A DNA stretch of 24,000 bases. Source: an uncultured Actinomycetota bacterium (GTDB taxonomy: Bacteria; Actinomycetota; Actinomycetes; Mycobacteriales; Jatrophihabitantaceae). The DNA is taken from assembly GCA_963748415.1 (NCBI GenBank), contig CAVVJA010000017.1, forward strand, positions 28,854-52,853, given 5' to 3'. The position numbers were made by a program, and so were the translations under genes. Below, one piece after another: positions 15,410-24,000 of the stretch. The notes under the pieces were generated by a model that saw nothing but the letters and a program-made list of their open reading frames with translations, made no database searches and was not told where the DNA came from. The number at the start of each line of letters is the position of its first letter. Position 1 is the stretch's first letter.

Positions 15410-16892
15410 GTGGGTTTCGTTGATCTCCAGGACTTCTTGCGCGCATTGGAGCGTGAGGGGGACCTGGCGAGGGTCGACACGCCGGTCGACCCGGACCTCG
15501 AGGTGGCGGCGATCGTCCCGCGGGTGGTGCGCGATCGGGGCCCGGCCCTGCTGTTCGAGCAGCCGACCCGCGGCCGGCTGCCGCTGGCGATCAACGTCTT
15601 CGGCACGACGCGGCGGATGGCGATGGCGCTCGGCGTCACAGTCCCTCGACGAGATCGGCGAGCGGATCGGCGAGCTGCTCAAGCCCGAGCTGCCGCGCGG
15701 TGTCGGCGGCTTGCGCGACGCGCTCGGCAAGGTCGTGCAGCTGCGGGCGGTGCCGCCCCGGCAGGTGAAGGTCGCGCCGTGCCAGGAGATCGTGCTCAAG
15801 GGCGACGAGGTCGACCTGTCGATCGCTGCCCGGCTGAAGGCCTGGCCCGAGGACGGCGGCGTCTTCCTCAACTTCGGCCTGACCCACACCAAGCACCCCG
15901 AGACCGGCAAGCGCAACCTCGGCCTGTACCGGCTGCAGCAGCACGACGAGCAGCACGGTCGGCATGCACTGGCAGATCCACAAGGACTCCACCGCGCACC
16001 ACGCGGTGGCCGAGCGGCGCGGCGAGCGGCTGCCGGTCGCCATCGCCTTCGGCTGCCCGCCCGCGGTCACCTACGCGGCGTCCGCGCCGCTGCCGGGCGA
16101 CATCGACGAGTACCTGTTCGCCGGGTTCCTGCGGGCGAGCGGGTGGAGATGGTCGACTGCCTCACCGTGCCGCTGCAGGTGCCGGCGCACGCGCAGGTCG
16201 TCCTCGAGGGCTGGGTCGAGCCGGGCGAGCGGCTGCCCGAGGGCCCGTTCGGCGACCACACCGGCTTCTACACGCCGGTCGAGCCGTTCCCGTTCCTGCA
16301 CGTCGACGTGCATGACGATGCGGCGCGACCCGATCTACCAGTCGATCGTCGTCGGCCGGCCACCGCAGGAGGACGGGCCCGATCGGGCAAGGCCACCGAG
16401 CGGATCTTCCTGCCGCTGATCAAGCTGACCGATCCCGGACATCGTCGACTACGACCTGCCCGAGGCGGGCGTGTTCCACAACTGCGTCATCGTCTCGATC
16501 GACAAGCGGTACCCCAAGCACGCGCAGAAGGTGATGAACGCGATCTGGGGCGCCGGACTGATGTCGCTGACCAAGCTGATCGTCGTCGTCGACGACGACT
16601 GCGACGTGCACGACTACGCCGAGGTCGCGTGGCGGGCGTTCGGCAACGTGGACTACGCGCACGACCTGCTGCTCACCGAGGGCCCGGTCGACCACCTGGA
16701 CCACGCGTCGTACCAGCAGTTCTGGGGCGGCAAGGCCGGCATCGACGCGACCCGCAAGCTGCCGGGCGAGGGCTATCGCCGCGACGGGGGCTGGCCGGAG
16801 GAATGCGTGGTCGACCCCCGATCACGCAGCTGGTCGACCGCCGCTGGGCCTCGTATCGCATTCCGCGTGGGGCCGACGGAGGTGCTGGGTGA
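15410..16892 (+). pseudogene. UbiD-family decarboxylase of the futalosine menaquinone cluster, frame-disrupted (about 7 frame changes)
   Basis: Conserved UbiD sequence is readable only by hopping frames. (GTG 15410) 'GFVDLQDFLRALEREGDLARVDTPVDPDLEVAAI...INVFGTTRRMAMALGV'. Shift ~15645: 'SLDEIGERIGELLKPELP...GLTHTKHPETGKRNLGLYRLQ'. Shift ~15950: 'VGMHWQIHKDSTAHH...IDEYLFAGFLR'. Shift ~16135: 'GERVEMVDCLTVPLQVPAHAQVVLEGW...GPFGDHTGFYTPVEPFPFLHVDV'. Shift ~16308: 'MTMRRDPIYQSIVVGRPPQEDGP'. Shift ~16383: 'GKATERIFLPLIKLT'. Shift ~16435: 'PDIVDYDLPEAGVFHNCVIVSIDKRYPKHAQKVMNAIWG...'. Shift ~16815: 'ITQLVDRRW...' to TGA 16890-16892. Confidence 0.8.
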
Positions 16893-17821
16893 CTGAGCCA
16901 AATCGCGCCACATTGCCCCACAGTCCGGGCGCAAACCGAGGCCGGGTCGCGAAGTTCCTCCGGCTGGTGATGATCGAGCACTCGGTCTTCGCGCTGCCGT
17001 TCGCCTACATCTCCGCGCTGACCGCGATGTGGCAGCTGACCCGATCGGTCCACTGGTGGGAGCTGCTGCTGATCACCATCGCCATGGTGTCGGCGCGCGG
17101 ACGTTCGCCATGGCCGCCAACCGGATCCTCGACCGGCGCATCGACGCGCCGAACCCGCGCACCGCACAACGCGAACTGGTCACCGGCGAGCTCGATCTGC
17201 GTGCCGCCTGGATCGGCGCGGTCGTCGCACTTGATCGTGTTCCTCGCGAGCGCCGCCGCGCTGTCGTCGCTGCTGCCTGCTGCTCGCGCCGCTCGCCGTG
17301 GTGCCGCTGGTGGTCTACCCGTACGGCAAGCGGTTCACCGACTTTCCGCACGCGATCCTGGGCATGGCCCAGTTGATCGGGCCGGTCGGGCGCCTGGCTG
17401 GCGGTCACCGGCGAGGTGTCGTGGACCGGCCGGTGGTGCTCGGCCTCGGGGTGGGCATGTGGATCGGCGGATTCGACCTCATCTACGCCTGCCAGGACGC
17501 GGAGGTCGACCGGCGCGATCGGTGCGCGGTCGTCCCGGCCCGATTCGGCGTCCCGGTCGCGCTGCAGGCGTCGACGGTCGTGCACGTCGTGACGTTCGGC
17601 GCGTTCGTCTGGTTCGGCGTCGCCGCTCGGGCTCGAATGGTTGTGGTGGATCGGCGTGCTGCTCACCGCCGGCGTGCCTTCGTCTACGAGCATCGCGATC
17701 GTGCGGCCAGACGACCTGCCGGCGGGTCAACCGGGCGTTCTTCACCGCCAACGGCTTCATCGGCATCGGCCTGTTCGTGTTCGCCCTCGCTGATCTGATC
17801 GCGCAGGGCCTCCGCTGGTAG
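16889..17821 (+). pseudogene. UbiA-family prenyltransferase (MqnP-like, 1,4-dihydroxy-6-naphthoate polyprenyltransferase type), frame-disrupted (at least 8 frame changes)
   Basis: GTG 16889 overlaps the UbiD-like stop (GTGA). Conserved blocks sit in different frames: 'VAKFLRLVMIEHSVFALPFAYISALTAMW' (16889 frame), 'TFAMAANRILDRRIDAPNPRTAQRELVTGE' (17029 frame), 'PLAVVPLVVYPYGKRFTDFPHAILGMAQLIGPVG' and 'GVGMWIGGFDLIYACQDAEVD' (17298 frame, with a short out-of-frame 'AWLAVTGEVSWTG' between them), 'LGLEWLWWIGVLLTAG' (17029 frame, read by me), and 'RVNRAFFTANGFIGIGLFVFALADLI' (16889 frame) to TAG 17819-17821. Confidence 0.75.
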
Positions 17822-17835
17822 GCGTAGGTGCAGCG

Positions 17836-18499
17836 ATGACGAGGCTGCCGTGGATCGTCGGCGTGTCCGGCGCGTCCGGGACCCCGTACGCCCGGCGGTG
17901 CTTCGCGGCTCCTTGATGCCGGGCTGCCGGTGGATCTCGTCGTTTCGCGTGCGGCCCGGCTGACCATGCTGGACGAGACCGGCGTTCGCTTCCGAGACGC
18001 CCATTGGGCGACGATCTGGCCAGCTGGCTGGATCGCGAGGTGGCCGACGCGGATCTCGTCTACTGGCCGCCGGCGACCTCGCCGCGGGCCCCTCGTCGGG
18101 GTCCTACCGGACCCGCGGCATGGTCGTGGTTCCCGGCATCCACCGCGGCGGTGGCGGGCATCGCGATCGGGCTGTCCAAGGACCTGCTGCAACGCGCGGC
18201 CGACGTCACACTCAAGGAAGCGGCGGCCGCTGGTCGTTGTTCCGCGCGAGACGCCCTACACCCGGGCGACGCTGCAGCACTTGCTCGCGCTGCACGATGC
18301 GGGCGCTGTGGTGCTGCCGGCAAGCCCCGGCTTCTACAGCGCACCGGCATCCGTAGAGCAGCTCGTCGACTTCGTCGCGGCCAAGGTGCTGGACGTGCTG
18401 GGCGTCCCGCACGACTTGATGACCCGGTGGACCGGCCAGCTCGGCGCCGCGCTAACTGATCATCACGGGGCGTCGCCGTCAGCCCGTCCCGTACCCTGA
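17836..18499 (+). pseudogene. UbiX-family flavin prenyltransferase, frame-disrupted (at least 5 frame changes)
   Basis: ATG 17836 'MTRLPWIVGVSGASGTPYA' runs into TGA after about 26 codons. The sequence continues in other frames: 'DLVVSRAARLTMLDETGVRFRDAHW' (17930 frame), 'DDLASWLDREVADADLVYWPP' (18004 frame), 'DLAAGPSSGSYRTRGMVVVP' (18120 frame), 'ASTAAVAGIAIGLSKDLLQRAADVTLKE' (18004 frame), and 'RRPLVVVPRETPYTRATLQHLLALHDAGAVVLPASPGFY...' (17930 frame) to TGA 18497-18499. Confidence 0.75.
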
Positions 18500-18503
18500 C
18501 GGC

Positions 18504-19649
18504 ATGCCGCTGACGCAATCCCGCAAGGCCGAGCTGACCGAGAAAATCGCGGCCGGGGAACGCCTCGACTACGCGGACGGCGTTGATCTGTATGCCGCGG
18601 ACGACCTGGCCTGGCTGGGTGGTCTCGCCCACGGCGTCCGGACCGCCAAGAACACTGACATCACCTACTTCAACGTCAACCGGCACCTGAACCTCACCAA
18701 TGTCTGCAGCGCCTCGTGCGCGTACTGCTCGTTCGAGCGCAAGCCGGGACAGGCCGACGCGTACACGATGCGGGTCGAGGAGGCCGTCGCGAAGGCGCTC
18801 GCCATGAAGGACGACGGCATCACCGAGCTGCACATCGTCAATGGCCTGCACCCCACGTTGCCGTGGCGGTACTACCCCAGAGTGCTCCGCGAGCTGAAGG
18901 CGGCCCTGCCGCAGGTGGCGCTGAAGGCGTTCACGGCGACCGAGGTCCACTGGTTCGAGAAGATCAGCGGGCTACCGGCCGACGAGATCCTCGACGAGCT
19001 GATCGACGCCGGCCTCGAGTCGCTCACCGGCGGCGGCGCGGAGATCTTCGACTGGGACGTCCGGAAGCAGATCGTTGATCACGACACCCATTGGGAGGAC
19101 TGGTCGCGGATCCACCGGCTGGCCCACAGCAAGGGGCTGCGCACTCCGGCCACGATGCTGTACGGCCACATCGAGGAGCCGCGGCACCGCGTCGACCATG
19201 TGCTCCGGTTGCGCGGGCTGCAGGACGAGACCGGCGGCTTTGTCGTGTTCATCCCGCTGCGGTTCCACAACGACAACAACCGGCTGTCTCACCTGCCAAT
19301 GGCGCAGCCAGCGGATGTGCTGCGCACGTTCGCCGTCAGCCGGTTGCTGCTCGACAACTTCGATCACGTCAAGGTCTTCTGGGTGATGCACGGGTTGTCA
19401 ACCTCCCAGCTGGCCTTGAACTTCGGCGCCGACGACATGGATGGCTCGGTCGTCGAATACAAGATCACCCACGACGCGGACGGCTTCGGCACCCCCGACA
19501 AGTTGACCCGGGAGGACCTGCTCGGGCTGATCCGCGATGCCGGGTTCCGCCCGGTGGAGCGAAACACGCGCTACCAGGTCGTTCGCGAATACGACGGGCC
19601 GGTACCGCTCGCGGTCCGGCGAGCCGAGCCGCAGGCGGTCTGGGCGTGA
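18504..19649 (+). CDS. mqnE: aminofutalosine synthase (radical SAM), futalosine-pathway menaquinone biosynthesis
   Basis: Intact 381-aa ORF. 'YFNVNRHLNLTNVCSASCAYCSFERKPGQADAYTM' (CxxxCxxC radical-SAM cluster in the MqnE-type context) and 'GGAEIF', 'ATMLYGHIE', 'FIPL'. It sits beside UbiD/UbiA/UbiX-like genes, as I recall for the Streptomyces SCO4490-4494 arrangement. Confidence 0.85.
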   Translation: MPLTQSRKAELTEKIAAGERLDYADGVDLYAADDLAWLGGLAHGVRTAKNTDITYFNVNRHLNLTNVCSASCAYCSFERKPGQADAYTMRVEEAVAKALAMKDDGITELHIVNGLHPTLPWRYYPRVLRELKAALPQVALKAFTATEVHWFEKISGLPADEILDELIDAGLESLTGGGAEIFDWDVRKQIVDHDTHWEDWSRIHRLAHSKGLRTPATMLYGHIEEPRHRVDHVLRLRGLQDETGGFVVFIPLRFHNDNNRLSHLPMAQPADVLRTFAVSRLLLDNFDHVKVFWVMHGLSTSQLALNFGADDMDGSVVEYKITHDADGFGTPDKLTREDLLGLIRDAGFRPVERNTRYQVVREYDGPVPLAVRRAEPQAVWA

Positions 19650-20017
19650 CTGCGCCGGGGTCCGACGAGCCGATCCGCGGGCCGGTCGGGGAACCGTCGG
19701 ACCAGCCGAGTCAGCCGCCGGAGGCAACGCCGTCCGAGCCGTCGTTCGGTCGATCCATGGGGACGCTGTGGATGTACACGGGCCTGCGGTTCCTAGTCTT
19801 CGGAGTCCTGTTCGGTCTGCTCTGGTTGGTGGGTGTTCCGGTATTCCTCGCCGCGGTGCTCGCGCTCGGGTTGTCCGTGCCGCTGTCCTACGTTCTGCTC
19901 GCCAAGCCGCGGGCCGCGCTCGCCGAGACGGTCGAGGCGCGGCTCATGGCCCGCCGCGCCCATAGCGATGAGCTCAGCTCTCGGCTCAAGGGCGACGACG
20001 GAAGCGCCACGCCCTAG
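19646..20017 (+). CDS. DUF4229-type small two-TM membrane protein
   Basis: Tail of ORF 19091..20017. 'LWMYTGLRFLVFGVLFGLLWLVGVPVFLAAVLALGLSVPLSYVLLAKPRAALAETVEARL' matches the DUF4229 pattern. The likely start is GTG 19646, overlapping the mqnE stop as GTGA (alternative ATG 19757). Confidence 0.6.
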   Translation: MTAPGSDEPIRGPVGEPSDQPSQPPEATPSEPSFGRSMGTLWMYTGLRFLVFGVLFGLLWLVGVPVFLAAVLALGLSVPLSYVLLAKPRAALAETVEARLMARRAHSDELSSRLKGDDGSATP

Positions 20018-20104
20018 GGCCTGCGCCAACCCCCCGGTCGGCTCCGGCGCGCTATTTGGCGCCAGCTCTCGGCTCAATGGCGGACGACGGAACGGCCACG
20101 CCTC
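19975..20104 (+). repeat. imperfect direct repeat: the 3' end of the DUF4229 gene (19975-20015) is duplicated in the downstream spacer (20063-20104)
   Basis: 'CAGCTCTCGGCTCAAGGGCGACGACGGAAGCGCCACGCCCT' versus 'CAGCTCTCGGCTCAATGGCGGACGACGGAACGGCCACGCCTC', aligned by eye with a few substitutions and 1-nt indels. Confidence 0.7.
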
Positions 20105-20161
20105 ACACGTATTGACAATTCGCACTATGCGCCAGGCCCATGCCGTGCGCACACTGGGAGG

Positions 20162-20620
20162 GTGACCGCGCCACATCCGCAGACCCGCATCGGCTATGCA
20201 GAGCGCTCCGCCGCTCAGGAGGCCCTCGACGAGCATCTGACCGCCGGACGGCTCGACCCCGACGAGTACGCCGACCGGTACGCCGCAGCTGAGATAGCCC
20301 GCACCCAGGCCGAGCTCGATGCGCTGTTCACCGACCTGCCGGCGCCGCATCCGTCGACCGGGCACTCGACTCTTCCGGTGAACGCCGGCTCTGGCGGCTA
20401 TCGGCGGGACTGGTTTAGCTACATCCCGGAGTCGTCGGTCGGTCGCATCGCCGCACTCATTGCCGTGGTGGTGGCCGTGATATTGGTGTTTCCGTTGGTC
20501 ATCGCGGCTGTCGTGCTCTACTTCGTCGTTCTCCCGCGGCTCACGTCTGGCCGACGGTGGGGCTATCCGGGCGGTCCGATGTCGGATTGGGCCGGGCGTT
20601 CACGACAATGGCGCCGATGA
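20162..20620 (+). CDS. DUF1707 (SHOCT-like N-terminal) domain membrane protein, paralogue 1
   Basis: 152-aa ORF. 'RIGYAERSAAQEALDEHLTAGRLDPDEYADRYAAAEIARTQAELDALFTDLP' is the DUF1707 signature, followed by a TM segment 'IAALIAVVVAVILVFPLVIAAVVLYFVV'. Confidence 0.7.
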   Translation: MTAPHPQTRIGYAERSAAQEALDEHLTAGRLDPDEYADRYAAAEIARTQAELDALFTDLPAPHPSTGHSTLPVNAGSGGYRRDWFSYIPESSVGRIAALIAVVVAVILVFPLVIAAVVLYFVVLPRLTSGRRWGYPGGPMSDWAGRSRQWRR

Positions 20621-21075
20621 ACAGTTCGCCCAGCGGGGCGGACGGATCGCCTGAGCCGCACATCCGCATCGGCAACGACGAGCGCGCTGGCGCGATGCAG
20701 GCGTTGGACGAGCACCTATCCGCCGGGAGGCTCGAACCCGACGAATACGGCGACCGGGTCGCGAAGGTCAGCGTGGCGCGCACCCGTGAGGAGCTCGAGG
20801 TGCTGTTCGTCGATCTCCCGGAGCCGCACTCGCTGTCGGGCGCGCAGCTAGCGGCGATCAGGCATGCACCCGCTCCGCGCCGTCACGAGCCATCCGATGC
20901 CGACCGTGCTGACCGCGTTTTTGGCGGGCGGGCCGGTGCGATTGTCGTAGCGCTAGCCCCGATCATCGCGCTGGCCCTGTTCTTTGCTACAAGATGGTGG
21001 GTGTGGTTCCTGCTCGTCCCGGCGGTCGCAGTGATCGTCTACGGCGGTCGTGGCGAGCGACGTCGCGGCCGATAG
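20608..21075 (+). CDS. DUF1707 domain membrane protein, paralogue 2
   Basis: Part of ORF 20557..21075. 'RIGNDERAGAMQALDEHLSAGRLEPDEYGDRVAKVSVARTREELEVLFVDLP' plus C-terminal TM segments. I chose ATG 20608, which overlaps the end of paralogue 1 by 13 nt. Confidence 0.65.
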   Translation: MAPMNSSPSGADGSPEPHIRIGNDERAGAMQALDEHLSAGRLEPDEYGDRVAKVSVARTREELEVLFVDLPEPHSLSGAQLAAIRHAPAPRRHEPSDADRADRVFGGRAGAIVVALAPIIALALFFATRWWVWFLLVPAVAVIVYGGRGERRRGR

Positions 21076-21081
21076 CCGACG

Positions 21082-21894
21082 GTGCTGCTCGGGGAACGGC
21101 CCGTCGTTGGCGTCCTGCACCCGGGCGCCATGGGCGCCGCGTTAGGCGCGGCCCTCAAGCCCGTTGCCGGTCAGGTCATCTGGGCGGCCGCCGGACGCTC
21201 GGACGCCACGAGCAAGCGGGCGGAGCTCGCCGATCTGGTCGCGGTCCCGGATGTCGCCGAACTGGTGGCGCGTAGCGATCTCGTCATCTCGATCTGCCCC
21301 CCGCACGCCGCTCTGGACGTTGCTCGCGAGGTCCGGGCCGCTACTCGCGGCGCTCGTCCTGCCGCGTACCTGGACGCGAACGCGGTGGCGCCCACCACGG
21401 TCGCATCGATTGCCGAGTTGCTCGGCCGGGAGCGGGTGGTCGACGGCGCGGTCATCGGCGCGCCGGCCTGGCAGCGTGCGGACACGGTGCTGTGGCTGGC
21501 CGGCGAGCCAGCGAAGGAGGTGGCTGCGCTGTTCGCGGCCTCCCCGTTCGATGCCCGGGTGTTGCCCGGTGATCTGGGCTCGGCCAGCGCGCTCAAGGCC
21601 TGCTTCGCGCTGCAGAGCAAGGCACTCCCAACGTTGTGGTGGACCTTGGCGGAGGCAGCGCGCCGGTACGGCGTGGCCGACGCGGTGCGGGCCGAGCTGG
21701 CGCGTGACGGGGTCGATCTGGACGCGGCGCTGGCCGCGTTGGCCCGGCGGGCCGGCGGCAAGGCGTGGCGGTGGTCCGGCGAGATGGACGAGGTGGCGGC
21801 GGCCATGGCCACGGTAGGTCTGCCGGCGGGGTTTGCATCCGCCGCGGCCGAGACCTACCGCCGGCTCGCCGCGGACGGCGACGGGTCAGCCTGA
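21082..21894 (+). CDS. NAD(P)-binding oxidoreductase (6-phosphogluconate-dehydrogenase-like Rossmann N-domain plus DUF1932-like C-domain)
   Basis: 270-aa ORF. N-terminal 'VGVLHPGAMGAALGAAL' is Rossmann-like, and 'ASALKACFALQSKAL' is typical of this family. The assignment is generic. Confidence 0.5.
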   Translation: MLLGERPVVGVLHPGAMGAALGAALKPVAGQVIWAAAGRSDATSKRAELADLVAVPDVAELVARSDLVISICPPHAALDVAREVRAATRGARPAAYLDANAVAPTTVASIAELLGRERVVDGAVIGAPAWQRADTVLWLAGEPAKEVAALFAASPFDARVLPGDLGSASALKACFALQSKALPTLWWTLAEAARRYGVADAVRAELARDGVDLDAALAALARRAGGKAWRWSGEMDEVAAAMATVGLPAGFASAAAETYRRLAADGDGSA

Positions 21895-22653
21895 TCCGCG
21901 CAGCACCGTCGCCAGATCGTCGACGAGCTGCTTGCTGCCCGCGATGTACCACAGGTGCCCGTTGGCCGGTACAACGGCGATGTCGCCACCAGCCGCGGCC
22001 ACGAGAGCCGCGCCGGGCAGCCAGTCCCAGGGCAGGCAGTCGTGCTGGAGGAAGCCGCCGAGCCGACCATCGGCTACCCACGCCAACTCGATCGAACCTG
22101 AGCCGTAGGTGCGTACCGTGCCCGCGCGTCGCAGCGCACGTAACAGCGGTTCCCGCACCGAGTCGTCCGGCATGGTCGTGGGGTGCAGGTAACTTGCCAC
22201 CGCCGCCTCGACGAGCGGCCGGTCGGCGATGGGCGACACCGTTTCTCCGTTGCGAGTAGTCGGCCTCCCTGGACCACCGGACCACAGGTCGTCCGCCGCC
22301 GGATGGTATACGGCGCCGAGCAACGGCTCAGCAGCGTCGATGAGACCCACAGCGCTACACCACAGGGTGACGCCGGTCGCGTAGTTGTAGGTGCCGTCGA
22401 TGGGGTCGACAAACCATGTCCGGCGCCCTGGTTGCGAGCTCCCCTCCTCGGCGACGATGCCGTCCTCCGGGCGGGCCGCGCGCAACCCGTTGACGATCAG
22501 CGCCTCAGCGGCGTGATCCGCTGGGGTCACGAGGTCAGTGACGGACGTCTTGCGCGAGGACTGCACTCCGGAGCGTCGCATGTCGGCAGCCAATGTCCCG
22601 GCCGCCCGCACGAGATTCGACGCCAGCGCCAGATCGTCACGCTCGTCGGTCAC
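21886..22653 (-). CDS. inositol monophosphatase family protein
   Basis: 255-aa ORF (GTG start 22653). 'WFVDPIDGTYNY' and 'WDWLPGAALV' are the IMPase metal-binding motifs. Its 3' end overlaps the converging oxidoreductase gene by 9 nt. Confidence 0.8.
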   Translation of the reverse strand: MTDERDDLALASNLVRAAGTLAADMRRSGVQSSRKTSVTDLVTPADHAAEALIVNGLRAARPEDGIVAEEGSSQPGRRTWFVDPIDGTYNYATGVTLWCSAVGLIDAAEPLLGAVYHPAADDLWSGGPGRPTTRNGETVSPIADRPLVEAAVASYLHPTTMPDDSVREPLLRALRRAGTVRTYGSGSIELAWVADGRLGGFLQHDCLPWDWLPGAALVAAAGGDIAVVPANGHLWYIAGSKQLVDDLATVLRGSG

Positions 22654-22735
22654 CGATCAACACTAGTGTCCTGCGCCGTGATCTTGGCGGCCGAACGCGG
22701 GTGTTCCGCGCTGGACGGGAGCGGCTCACGCGTAG

Positions 22736-24000
<1,265 letters not shown>

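Noticed and set aside
14624-16315. 563-aa plus-strand ORF that looks like one large gene
   Set aside because: It is a chimera. Its first ~260 codons are antisense to the response regulator and the PLDc_N gene. After that, only short stretches coincide with the true UbiD-like frame. It is explained by the frameshifted UbiD-like pseudogene.

Overview
Very GC-rich, actinobacterial-looking chromosomal window in three parts. (1) 358-7077, minus strand: a seven-gene operon chained by five ATGA stop/start overlaps. It encodes a small secreted Ser/Thr/Gly-rich protein, an ApbE flavin transferase, a ferric-reductase-like haem-b membrane protein, a NuoF-like NADH/FMN/4Fe-4S protein, a small ferredoxin, a GT2-GtrA fusion and a GT39/ArnT-like GT-C glycosyltransferase. 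This redox-plus-glycosylation unit is my best candidate for an undescribed system. (2) 7172-12732: an IS1182-family insertion sequence with imperfect ~46-bp terminal inverted repeats and a frameshifted transposase. Its 5' leader carries two group II introns that appear nested: outer 7244-11096 with an intact compact RT, inner 7612-9521 with a decayed RT. (3) 12752-24000: an intact sensor kinase next to a frame-scrambled response regulator, a small PLD-N-type membrane protein, and a futalosine-route menaquinone cluster. In that cluster the UbiD-, UbiA- and UbiX-like genes are riddled with frameshifts while mqnE and mqnA are intact. This part also holds DUF4229, two tandem DUF1707 genes, an NAD(P)-oxidoreductase-like gene, an inositol-monophosphatase-family gene, a ~50%-proline mini-ORF coupled to mqnA, and the start of a 5'-3' exonuclease. 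No rRNA, tRNA or CRISPR array was recognised. All family assignments come from motif recognition by eye; no database search was run.
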